64,000 nucleotides of DNA from Eledone cirrhosa (Eukaryota), in assembly GCA_964016885.1 (NCBI GenBank), contig OZ024743.1:28396001-28460000 (forward strand), given 5' to 3'. Every line of letters begins with the position of its first letter. Position 1 is the first letter of the stretch. Both the position numbers and the translations under genes were made by a program. Below the pieces are notes generated by a model. That model was not told where the DNA came from and did no database searches. It saw nothing but the letters and a program-made list of their open reading frames with translations. This document shows positions 26,904 through 38,803 of this stretch, one piece after another.

Positions 26904-27196
26904 TATAAATTATGTCCATAGAATAATTTGATAAGATATATACACCATTTCCTCTCCCAATTAGCATAATCAACCACACAAAAAAAACGATTAAACCAGG
27001 CTATAAAATTAAAAGGCACCTATGAGGAAATAATAGATAAATAAACGACAGCCATCTATTCGCGATCAACAGCTATAGAATATTTACCCAGTATTTCAAT
27101 AGCACGTGGAAATCGATTAAATATATCGTCAACCATACACAATTAGGTATAAAATTAAAGTTAGAAGAAAAAATGCATATACACATACCAGGATTC

Positions 27197-27280
27197 CGTT
27201 TCTACCCTTTAGGGTTTCGTTCGCTTTCGGAAATATCCTATCAATGATAAATTCTCGAGCTTCGAACTCATCAGGAAACA
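27197..27280 (-). ncRNA. Type I hammerhead ribozyme, canonical core, extended stem II
   Basis: UGUUUC-CUGAUGA-GUUCG[~39 nt]CGAAC-GAAA-CCCU AA AGGG-UA^GAAACG. Confidence 0.88.
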
Positions 27281-27882
27281 AACTCACTTGGACGAAGATT
27301 TTTCTTAAATGATCCCCGCCAGAAACGAATTCAAAATGGCTAAAAACTGTGACGTGGCAATGGTCAAGTCAGAAAGAATGTGATTGGTGCCTTACGGCGA
27401 GTGGGCTGGTTCCTAGAAAGCGCAGCCTAATATTGCCTAAATTGCATCTCAACCTTATGGGAGATTATCAAATATAAAGATTTACATATACACAAACTAG
27501 ACAAAGTCATATATATATATTTTTTTTTGGCAACCATTCACGATGTGGCTCAATGATGAATTAATAAATTAAATAATCAGAGCAATATACTATAAATTAT
27601 GTCCATAGAATAATTTGATAAGATATATACACCATTTCCTCTCCCATGTAGCATAATCAACCACACAACAAAACAATTAAACCAGGCTATAAGATAAAAA
27701 GGCACCTATGAAGAAATAATAGATAAATAAACGACAGCCATCTATTCGCGATCAACAGCTATAGAATATTTACCCAGTATTTCAATAGCACGTGGAAATC
27801 GATTAAATATATCGTCAACCATACACAATTAGGTATAAAATTAAAGTTAGAAGAAAAAATGCATATACACATACCAGGATTC

Positions 27883-27966
27883 CGTTTCTACCCTTTAGGG
27901 TTTCGTTCGCTTTCGGAAATATCCTATCAATGATAAATTCTCGAGCTTCGAACTCATCAGGAAACA
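27883..27966 (-). ncRNA. Type I hammerhead ribozyme (identical copy)
   Basis: Same as 27197-27280. Confidence 0.88.
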
Positions 27967-28741
27967 AACTCACTTGGACGAAGATTTTTCTTAAATGATC
28001 CCCGCCAGAAACGAATTCAAAATGGCTAAAAACTGTGACGTGGCAATGGTCAAGTCAGAAAGAATGTGATTGGTGCCTTACGGCGAGTGGGCTGGTTCCT
28101 AGAAAGCGCAGCCTAATATTGCCTAAATTGCATCTCAACCTTATGGGAGATTATCAAATATAAAGATTTACATATACACAAACTAGACAAAGTCATATAT
28201 ATTTTTTCTTTTTGGCAACCATTCACGATGTGGCTCAATGATGAATTAATAAATTAAATAATCAGAGCAATATACTATAAATTATGTCCATAGAATAATT
28301 TGATAAGATATATACACCATTTCCTCTCCCATGTAGCATAATCAACCACACAACAAAACAATTAAACCAGGCTATAAGATAAAAAGGCACCTATGAAGAA
28401 ATAATAGATAAATAAACGACAGCCATCTATTCGCGATCAACAGCTATAGAATATTTACCCAGCATTTCAATAGCACGTGGAAATCGATTAAATATATCGC
28501 CAAGCATACACAATTAGGTATAAAATTAAAGTTAGAAGAAAAAATGCATATACACATACCAGGATTACGTTTCTTAAAACAGAAGCGAAAGGGGTACATC
28601 ACACACGTACCAACTACACAGAATTACATATATCTGCATCAAGGACTGTCACTCACACATCAGTCCGCTCAGTCACTGCAGACGATGCCAAAGTCTAGCC
28701 AGGCGCATTAAGCATAGTCTCTTGAGACTGACCTGCCAATG

Positions 28742-28788
<47 letters not shown>

Positions 28789-28898
28789 AAAGAATAGAGG
28801 TGTAACACACAAGTTATTATATATTGGTAAACGGAATAGAAAATGCTGACAAATTTTTTACTGTGAACAATTTGTCAGCATTTTCTATTCCGTTTACC

Positions 28899-28933
<35 letters not shown>

Positions 28934-28942
28934 GGGGAGAGA

Positions 28943-29598
28943 AGAAGATAGTACAGCATAATCGAAGCTCTGGTTGCGGACAAGCTAACGAATGATCTCG
29001 AGAAGTGCAGCCAAAAGCACTCAATAGGGAATTTTACCTTAGAGTTATGACATTACGTTTATACAGCAATGCAAATTGAAGACAGCGACCGAAATGCGAG
29101 CCGCTAGGACCAGAACAACTGAAAAAACGGACTCAGGGAAATGTTTGACAATTACCTGGACCATCGTGGACATATTACATAATATTATATAACATCTCCA
29201 CTAGGTTTCTGTAAATCCGAAATCAACAAAATCCAATTGCAGGGGCCTGCAAGTTAATTGGTCTTTGGAAGGTAGAACAGTGGAATTTACTTCGTCAACA
29301 AGTTTTCGTTCTGCCGCCGCCGGTTGCAAGAACTAGTAGTAAACACTGCTTGTAGTCACGTGGTTTCTCCGAAGGGAAGTAACCCCCGGTTTTGGCGGTC
29401 AAATTAAAAATTTGTACAAAGGATTTAAATCCGTTACAAAAACCGAATAAAAGCCCTCAACTAGATGTTATAAACAAACATAAACAATTAACCAATCAAT
29501 AGAATTGTCTAATTAAATTAATCAATTAATCATTAAGTCTAGGAGATAGTAATGCAAGAAGGTAGTACAGCATAATCGAAGCTCTGGTTGCGGGCAAG
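28943..29598 (-). repeat. One ~614-bp unit plus short terminal redundancy; diverged member of family A
   Basis: GTACAGCATAATCGAAGCTCTGGTTGCGG at 28951 and 29565. Collinear blocks are shared with 10893-12361 (GGTTTCTGTAAATCC, ATTTACTTC.TCAAC, GAATAAAAG...CTCAA, TCAATAGAAT). Confidence 0.8.
29154..29303 (-). ncRNA. Variant type I hammerhead ribozyme (family A, diverged)
   Basis: ACUUG-UUGACGA-A GUAAAU(U)CC...GG AUUUAC A-GAAA-CC UAGUGGA...UCCACGAU GG-UC^CAGGU. Confidence 0.7.
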
Positions 29599-29918
29599 AT
29601 ATACAGGTTGTACCAAAAAATGTATACACAATTTGATTACTTGTACAGGCAATATTTATTAGAATGATGTTGAAGTACGTATACACGTTTGGGATTTACA
29701 CGCTCTCTCTCTGTCTCTCTGTCTCTATATATATACACACACACACACACATACCCCCCCCCCCACACACATATATATATATATATATATATAGGAACGA
29801 GTAGGACCCCGACGGCTGTTCCTATTACCCACTCGTTCCTATTACCCACTCTACTACGCTAAGTATTGAGTACTTTGGTGCGTTATGGTCCACCTGGTTC
29901 CTTGCCATATTTCCTCCG

Positions 29919-30462
<544 letters not shown>

Positions 30463-30473
30463 ACTCTCTCTCT

Positions 30474-30548
<75 letters not shown>

Positions 30549-30551
<3 letters not shown>

Positions 30552-30950
30552 TATAAAGTATGTCCATAGAATCATTTGATAATATATATATACACCATTT
30601 CCTCTCCCAATTAGCATAATTAACCACACAAAAAAATCAATTAGACCAGGCTATAAGATTAAAAGGCACCTATGAAGAAATAGTAAATAAATAAACGACA
30701 GCAATCTCTTCGCGACCAACCGCAATATAATATTTACACAACATTTCAACAGCACGTGGAAATCGATTAAATATACGGTCAACCATACACAATAAGGTAT
30801 AAAATTAAAGTTAGAAATGCTTATATACATACCAGGATTATGTCCCTACCCTTGGGTTTCGTTCGCATTTTGATATATCCTATTAAGGATAACATCTCGA
30901 GCTTCGAACTCATCAGGAGACAAACTCGTTAGGACAGATTATTTTCTAAA

Positions 30951-30952
<2 letters not shown>
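30549..30952 (-). repeat. Partial family B unit (third subfamily) between (TA)n tracts, with hammerhead at 30841-30922
   Basis: Aligns to 26901-27310. UGUCUC-CUGAUGA-GUUCG...CGAAC-GAAA-CCC AA GGG-UA^GGGACA. Confidence 0.85.
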
Positions 30953-30986
<34 letters not shown>

Positions 30987-31459
30987 GTATATGGGAGACA
31001 TGACGCTATTACGACCGTGAGGTTAGTGTCAACTGCCAGTTATGTAACTGTTGCATAACCAAAGGTTAACACAAAACACTGAGTAGCAATATTTGGATAT
31101 CACAGATTTTATTTATTCCATGGTGGAATGGGGAATAGGAGGGAAATCGTCGATACCGAAGGTCCTCATCATTTCGGCTAACTCACCGAATCACTGGGTT
31201 ATTAATAAATATGAGTTCTCACTCACGCAAGTTGCTTCTCAAATATCATCTGGAGACATTAGCTGTAAATTAGCTGAATGTGAGAGAACTCTTAGTTCGG
31301 ATTTTAATATATTTCTATATCTGCTCCGCAGAAAAAACATGTCTTCTCACTTGACAATTCGTCATTTGATAGCCTCTAAATTCGCTCGACTTGCTAGAAA
31401 TAGTTGACTCACCTCTCTCATATTACACTCATTCGGCTTAAAACAGAAATAATGTATAT

Positions 31460-32450
31460 ACAATATGGTGGTATTGTATGGTCCCGTAACTCCTGATAGA
31501 GTCATAGGGGCGCCATATTAACGTTTCTAGGGCATTTTAAGTCTGGCAGAACCCATCCCCTTCCAGGTCTGAGTACAGCAGAATTCTTCCAAAGATAAGA
31601 AATGAGAGAGAGGAAATGAAAAAGATATATAGAGGAAGAATCGCTCTAGCTGGCATAAATAAGAATAGGCTCACTGTCTCTAATACCACCGTAAACCCCG
31701 GAGCCACCCAACAAAACCAGAACGTGGGACGCATTGGAACCCGGACAGGCCCAACTAGCCCACTGGAACTCAACGACCCTGTGCTGATTGGCTACCCAGC
31801 CAACCCCGAGTGATGCTAACCACGCGGTACATGTGGTGGGGCTTAAGAAGTCATGTAATTGCAGAGACCCGTCGCTATGCCCCCTTAGTAATGAATGCAT
31901 GGCCAAAAACGTGGTATACAGGTGCAAGGTCACAACCCCTAACTCGGAGCACCACTACATAGGATCCACAGCGACGAGCTTCAAAGCTCGGTGGTATAAC
32001 CATCGCCATTCCTTTAACAGAATAGATAAGAGGAAATGTATGGCCCTTTCTGAACTGATCTGGAAGCTCAAACTTGAAAAGACCCCGCACTCACTGGTCT
32101 GGTCTGTGGTTAGAAAGGTTCCCCCAGACAGAGGCGGGTCTGGTATTTGCAACCTCTGTCTTAGTGAGACACTCGAGATTCTTCATGGCGTAACCAAGCT
32201 ATTAAACAGAAGGGCCGACTTATTCGGTGCCTGCAGACCAAAGGACGGGAACTTTCCTCAAGCTATATGGATAAACCCCGGTTACGGCCTCCCACAAGCC
32301 TCCCCCCTCCCCCTAGGTCTCCTACACCCCGTACCAATGACGATTGGACAACAACGACCACGCATGGTTTGCGGTCCTTATGGTGGATGGTCCACCGGAT
32401 CCTCTACTGGTTGGGAGTCATCTAAACAATGTTTTATTGAACCTGATTTT
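31460..32450 (+). mobile_element. Penelope-like element 3' fragment (GIY-YIG endonuclease)
   Basis: CNCRDPSLCPLSNEC..NVVY..HYIGSTATSFKARWYNH..CNLCLSE..LLNRR in ORF 31788-32582. Confidence 0.88.
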
Positions 32451-32520
32451 ATATATATATATATATGTATATATATGATAAAGAACACAAGAGCGTCTAC
32501 AACATCAAACAATTTTTATT

Positions 32521-32567
32521 GGCTTACAATGTTTCTTCCTTACGTAACCGTAGGATTCTTCAGAGCT
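32521..32567 (-). ncRNA. Minimal type I hammerhead in a Penelope-like pLTR
   Basis: GCU-CUGAAGA-A UCCU ACGGUUACGU A AGGA A-GAAA-CAUUG-UA^AGC. Confidence 0.75.
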
Positions 32568-33849
32568 ATAAAAGGGGTTTGATTGGTGTTATGGACTCTA
32601 CCAACCAAACATTCAAGAACAAAGAGTAAAGAGAGTAAAGAGCAAAAGCAGGGGACAATAAGTCTAATTTTGGTGCGGGAGGGTGTGGTGTGGGTCCTTG
32701 TTTACTAGCTGTGGTCATATTCATTCCCGGGAGTCGAGTGGTTAGTGGAGCCATAGATGGGGTGGCGTCGATATTAGGGTGCAGAGGGTGTGCAGAGGCT
32801 ACACACACACAAAGGGCATACAATATATATATAACGGAGGAGAAAGTACATGAGGTAATTAGAAATGGAATAAGAGTAATAATAATAATAATCTATCATT
32901 AATAATGTATAATAAGGCATGGGGAAGATTACACTATAATAAGGTACAAAAGTAAGAATAAGGTAAAATATAAAGGAGGATAAAAATGAAAATAAGAATA
33001 AAGATAAAAAAATATATATAAAAAATATATAGAGAATATATAAAAAAAATATAAGCAAGTATTAGAAAGGGAAAAACACAATGTAAAAAAACAGATTTTG
33101 TCAAATACAAATATTATAAATATGGGGGGAGAAAACGGGAGAGAGAAATATAATCAAATGTGATTAGTTGAGAGAATATAAGATGATAATAGTTATGTCA
33201 AGTTTATACATCTTAATAATAAATAATATGTATATCAGAGTTACGCATCCTTCAATTCACTTGCAAGTTCAACCCACATGGCATAGTCCATTGCTCATCT
33301 GTGCGGTCGTGTGCGTTTGTGTTTGATACCACAGCAGATGCACAAGTTCGTAAATTTCAATGCAGATAGAAATCTATTTGTGCGTACCCGGACATTGACG
33401 GAGGATCCAATATTCCTAGTTCATTGCCGACCCAATATGTGTGTGGTGTTATTTTGGTCGCACAAATCAATCACTTGGTTCAATATTATGGAGTATGGTT
33501 TTCTGGTCTTCGTTACACTATCAGTGGTTGTATATCTCGAAATCACAAGGATCACAATACTCCGGTTTGGTGTGATTATCGGTCATCCAACTATGTTGTC
33601 GGTGGTTGGATTCAATTCTATTGCCCAGAACGTAGAACTTGGTGTTGATTGAACATTAACGAGGCAGAGTGAGATCGCATCTGTCGTACAAAACGGTACG
33701 CAAGGAAATTCTTCGTCTTCGTTTCATCCGTGTCTAGCAGTCACGTGCAAGAACTGCTACGTAGTAATTGTGAGGGTAAGCGGTCAAGATAGTAACTGAC
33801 CGAAAATTCTCCTGGGAATTCAGACAGGCATGACAGGTACATTTAGGTC

Positions 33850-34300
33850 AGCAGTTTCTTCATGTGTACGTGTGTCCGATACACACAGACACATATTTAT
33901 ATGTATTTCAACTCAAAAAATTCAATTGATTCGCTTATTGATATTATATCTCTGTTGCTCCGATGTGCATGTTATGATGTTCTGCTCGTGTTTACCATTC
34001 ACTGTGTTTTTCCATTACCTTGGAATATGATGTTTTGGTCATCAATATTCCGGCAAGCGCATTCCTCTCTTACATTGTGGAGAATGGTGTTCTGGTCCTC
34101 AGTAAACATTTGGGTCAGCGGGAGGGGTGGTGGTTCTCAATTTCAACTGCGACAATACATATGTGTTATTCTACATATCGTGCTCCTCTCAAAGAAGAGT
34201 ATTATAGGAGGAATTCATGCCAAACACCACATATAGAGAAGACTTCTACATAAAAAAAATTCTCTCTCCGAGAGTTCCTTCCAAATAACCTTTCGGCGAC
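33850..34300 (-). pseudogene. Heavily eroded Penelope-like GIY-YIG remnant
   Basis: Frameshifted minus-strand pieces ECACRN..NIIFQ and MHIGATE resemble CNCR..NIIY..YIGST. Confidence 0.4.
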
Positions 34301-35392
34301 ACATAGCGAAGTAAACAATACGTTATATATAATATATAACATATAGTGTGTTATTACATGAGTGGATATTCACTTGTATCATATATGAGAGGCAATAGGG
34401 AGTGGGGAGGAAGAGGCTCTGCTTTTATGGTGGAGGTTGGGGTGAACTAGCATAAGAATGCACACCCGCAGACGTTCCCGCATCTGTCTGAGCGTGCACA
34501 TGGACAGTGACGCACACACTCAAACACGCATATATGTATACACCCATGCACACACACACGCACGCGCACACACACGCACAGATGATAGAGGCTGGGGTGC
34601 ATTGTTATATATGTCCATGTGCGCAGACATACACATACCCACCCATAGATGTACGTATGCATACACACACACACGCACGAGAGGTTTGGGTGCATTAGCA
34701 CATGGGTAGATATTCCCCCACATGCATGCGTGCACACACACATGTATTCGCGCACACAGACACACATACCAGCCCACGCCCATCTACACCCAGGCATATA
34801 GATCACTACCCCACGACACGCATGCATATACACAGACGCGTGGGGGTTAGCGATATTTAAGATATACGGAACCTGAGGGGTCAATATAGTGACATAGGTT
34901 TACCCACAAGATATAGGGCATATGATATTGGATCCACAGAATGTGATAGTGCTGCGGTACTAGCCAGTGCCCACATATGCGCACACACCTGCGCCTCCTC
35001 ACTCCCCGACAGACCAGCGCCCACACACATAGGGCCACACACATGTACACACCCATATTCGATGACATGTACCCACATAGGCGTATTTATGGGGGTCCAT
35101 AGAGGAGCAAATAAATGAATGAGTCGCAGGGGAGCCTGCAGTACTACGTGCAGCGCAACTTAAGATGAGGGCTCAGACAAAATGCCGTCCAGCAGATGTG
35201 TAACCTAGATGAGAGTATGACATTCCATTTACTCCACACCGTCTCGTGTCCCAAATTCTATTCTCCCAAAGCTGTGGCCCGTAGGGGACTGTTACACCCA
35301 TAGGCTACCTATCTATCTGGGTTCTGGGTTGGGGGAGAGCTGTAGTCAAGGAGGGGTATGTCTAGGTGGGGGTTGCGTAATATATGTTACAT

Positions 35393-36675
35393 CTATGTGC
35401 TAGGTTTAAAATAGAAGAAGGAACTCAGGATTTTGTGTTGGCAAGGGGAGAACATTTCCGATTTCCTGTTAAGCAGGTTCAGTTTAGAGTGTATTATGGC
35501 ATGGCATTCTAGTAAACACAGGTCACAACTCCCGCTCTGCGGTCGGTATGGCGTGGATCTAGTAAGCTTCCTCCAAAAAAGTTTGTATGGGGTACTATTA
35601 TTTTTTAAAAAGGAGATGAATCCCGCCAGTGAGGTGGCATTCTTATGTCTATCGTGTCTAAATGTGCATATATGCGCGTTATATCTAGTTTTAAATGTAT
35701 TGGACGTTGATCCTATATATGTTTTGGTAGAGTTGTGTGTGGTTACGTCACATGCATATACGATGTTTTTCATGAGGCAAGCCCCCCTTAGGGGACAGTT
35801 ACTACTCCGCCTACAATTGCAACTGCAGGTTCGATCAGTTAGCGTACCTCCCGAACTTTTGTTACTAGCATTATCACTAGGTGCCTCTATACCATTAGAT
35901 GGCTCAGTGATGCTATTATGTTGCCTATTTTCCAGTGTAGTCGGTTGCTGGTGGTTAACTGCCATTTTAATTGTTTCGAAACCTTCCCTAGTCTTCCTAA
36001 TGTTCGTGCGTGCTAGGTGTGATGCGAGGTTAGGTCTGGTCGAATAGGATAATTTAATCACGTTTTTGTTAATTATGTTACGATATCTATTGCCTGGTGG
36101 GAAGTTTTTTTCTAATAATGAGAAGAATGCTCTGGGGAGGTTAGTGAGGACCTCAGAGTTAAAAGGTGGGTTAAAATACATGTTTTTCCTTCTTCTATTT
36201 TTCTTATCTGTGGGGTGAGTCTCGTTACTGTGCGTACTATTTTGTAGGGTTCCGTTATTAACGTTAGTGGCGTTGTCTGTTTTGCTTATGCCCGGATGGT
36301 TTATATTCATGGCATGACCATTTGCTGCTTTAGAGTTGTGGTGAGGGACACTAGTATTGTCTCTACGTGGTTTACATTTAGCTGGGTTACCGCCATTAGG
36401 GTTCTTACTATTATTCTTGCCTCTAAGTTGGTTAGGCTTTGTGGCCATACTATGTGTGATTATGTTGGTGTGTTTCACACTCATGGTTTGGGAGTCCTTA
36501 TGTATGTATGGTAATCTATTCCCGTAACCAGATTCTGCTAGGGCCTTGTCATAATACTCTCATTACAGGACAGTCTGCTAATTCTATTAGAGACCCCTTT
36601 GGGAATAGCGTTTAGGACTGATTTGGGGTGGTTGGAGCTGGCCTTTACATATGTTAGTCATCATTAGGTCTATGG
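35393..36675 (-). mobile_element. 5'-truncated Penelope-like element: RT thumb, linker and GIY-YIG
   Basis: YVKASSNHPKSVL..RISRLSCNE (~36560-36650). ORF 35393-36484 has YFNPPFN, KLSYST, CNCRRSSNCPLRGAC, NIVY, YIGST, RYNAH, CDLCLLE and LLNRKSE. A CA/TG-rich 3' region follows at 34440-35090. Confidence 0.9.
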
Positions 36676-36811
36676 TATATATGTATATATGTATATATGT
36701 ATCATGTGTATATATATGTGTATTTTATGTGTGTATGTATGCGTATCTTTTATATATGTGTGCGTATGTGTATGTATACATTTTATATATATATGTGTGT
36801 ATATGTGTGTG

Positions 36812-36894
<83 letters not shown>

Positions 36895-37685
36895 CTTACG
36901 TGTGTATATATTTTGTGTGTATGTGTGTTCCTATGTATATATATATATATTTTTATCTTTTTGTATGTATATATTTCATATATATGCATGTTCTGTGTAT
37001 ATATATATTTTATATATATATGTATATATATATTTGTGTATACTTGTGCGCACATGCATGCATGCATATGTATATATGCACACCTGTATGGATTTGTGTG
37101 TGTAGATGTGTGAGTGTTTGAGGGGATAGGTGTGAGTGTATGTACAAGTGAACCAGCATAAACCCTTTATTTCTAAATTTTCTAAACTATCTATGTATTG
37201 GACTCTAACCATTATATTAAGTATTACCACCCCACTTTTTGTATGTGTAGAAGTGTGTGTGTGTCTGTGGAGGTGTGTTTGAGTGTAGTGCAAGCCAACC
37301 TACATAAGTCTTTTTATTTGTAAACTTTCTACTCCAACCATAATTTTCAGTAGCACCACTCCACATAAATTCCTCAATTTAAGAATGACCTGTAGTATCT
37401 ATTTCATACTATTATCCTTATTTAAAAATATATCTGACCAAGAATGCCTTTTGTGAAAATCAGTCATGTGGAACTAATGTCATCTTGCCTGATGGCTTGA
37501 ACCCTACAGAACCAGCTGCCTCTTTGAGGTCAAATACCAACCTACTACCATCTACAAACTGACCAATGAGAATCAAGACTATTCCAGCTGACAACATCAA
37601 AATATTCCTAACAAGCTCATATGTCCCAAGGCTCTGATACCATCAACACTATACGCACAGAGCTGGCATATCTAAGAACTGACTA

Positions 37686-37741
37686 ACTGCCTGATGAGGT
37701 CATAGCCATTCAATAACTATCATCGAAATATATATAGCAGT
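37686..37741 (+). ncRNA. Minimal type I hammerhead (Penelope pLTR type)
   Basis: ACUGC-CUGAUGA-GGU...AUC-GAAA-UAUAUA-UA^GCAGU. Confidence 0.8.
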
Positions 37742-37782
37742 AAATAAAGGATTATGAGTTCATACAATTGACTTATGTTTCG

Positions 37783-37876
<94 letters not shown>

Positions 37877-37988
37877 AGAATAAACCTGCTGCGTGGTTGC
37901 TAATGGGTTACATATGAATAAAGTTAGTCCTTCATCAGTGATCTTCCAACCAGATGGTTGGAAGATCACTGATGAAGGACTAACTTTA

Positions 37989-38027
<39 letters not shown>

Positions 38028-38071
38028 GACAGTAGCACTACTAAGACAGAGCAAAGCGTAACAAGATGTAT

Positions 38072-38384
38072 ATCTTGAAACAGTGCTGTCTGACAATCTT
38101 AATTGCTACAGATATTCAGTGCCGTGTCCACAGAACAAAGAGTGAAAAAGATTTTTTTCGCAACGAAAAAAAATATATATATTTTTTAAGAGTGATGCTC
38201 CCATAAGTTTATTGTATATAAATATATTGTATAATATATTTATATACAATAAACTCTAAAAATACTCTAAAAAAATACATATATATTTTTTCGTTGCGAA
38301 AAAATCATTTTCACTTTTTGTTCTGTGGACACGGCACTGAAAATCTGTAGCAATTAAGATTGTCAGACAGCACTGTTTCAAGAT
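38072..38384. repeat. Fold-back element: ~115-bp inverted arms enclosing an inner ~50-bp hairpin (38206-38255)
   Basis: ATCTTGAAACAGTGCTGTCTGAC... / ...GTCAGACAGCACTGTTTCAAGAT. Confidence 0.85.
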
Positions 38385-38527
38385 TTGTTAATCTCTCATT
38401 AGTGATATGCACCCAACCGACGCTGACATGGAAATAGCATGGACATTCTGAAATGTATTCAGAGAGCAAAAGAGAGGAAAATACTTTTTTTGTAACGTAA
38501 AAACGAAATGTATATATCTATTTATTT

Positions 38528-38611
<84 letters not shown>

Positions 38612-38737
38612 AAGTTTTATTTAAATTGTTGGGTTACAACGAGTAAATATTTATAACTGATATAAAAGCACTCAACAAGTATTTGGAGTATATTTACGAT
38701 ATTAAATAAATGGAAAATATATTTATAAAACCATATT

Positions 38738-38803
38738 TATTTCATTATATATATTTCAGGGATATCATATTAAAAATATGGTATGCCTTCATCAGACAAA
38801 ATA
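38738..38803 (-). ncRNA. Minimal type I hammerhead in the inverted left pLTR
   Basis: Reverse complement of 43715-43780. Confidence 0.75.

Larger units (their letters stand above)
26901..28574 (-). repeat. Tandem array, ~686-bp unit x ~2.4 (family B, second subfamily)
   Basis: TACTATAAATTATGTCCATAG at 26901, 27588 and 28273. Copies are near-identical to each other and diverged from 21731-23825. The left end is in (TA)n. Confidence 0.95.

Noticed and set aside
27355-27440. Second, opposite-strand ribozyme in family B (GGCAAT...ATTGCC multibranch with GGCTG/CAGCC and GCC-GTAA-GGC hairpins)
   Set aside because: The region is structured and conserved, but I could not fit a hammerhead, twister, pistol or HDV core. 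It contains CCAAT and may be a promoter, so an ambisense viroid-like claim is unsupported.
29600-29700. Mariner-like terminus TACAGGTTGTACCAAAAAATGTATACAC
   Set aside because: Only one end is present, with no partner TIR or transposase, so it is too weak to annotate.
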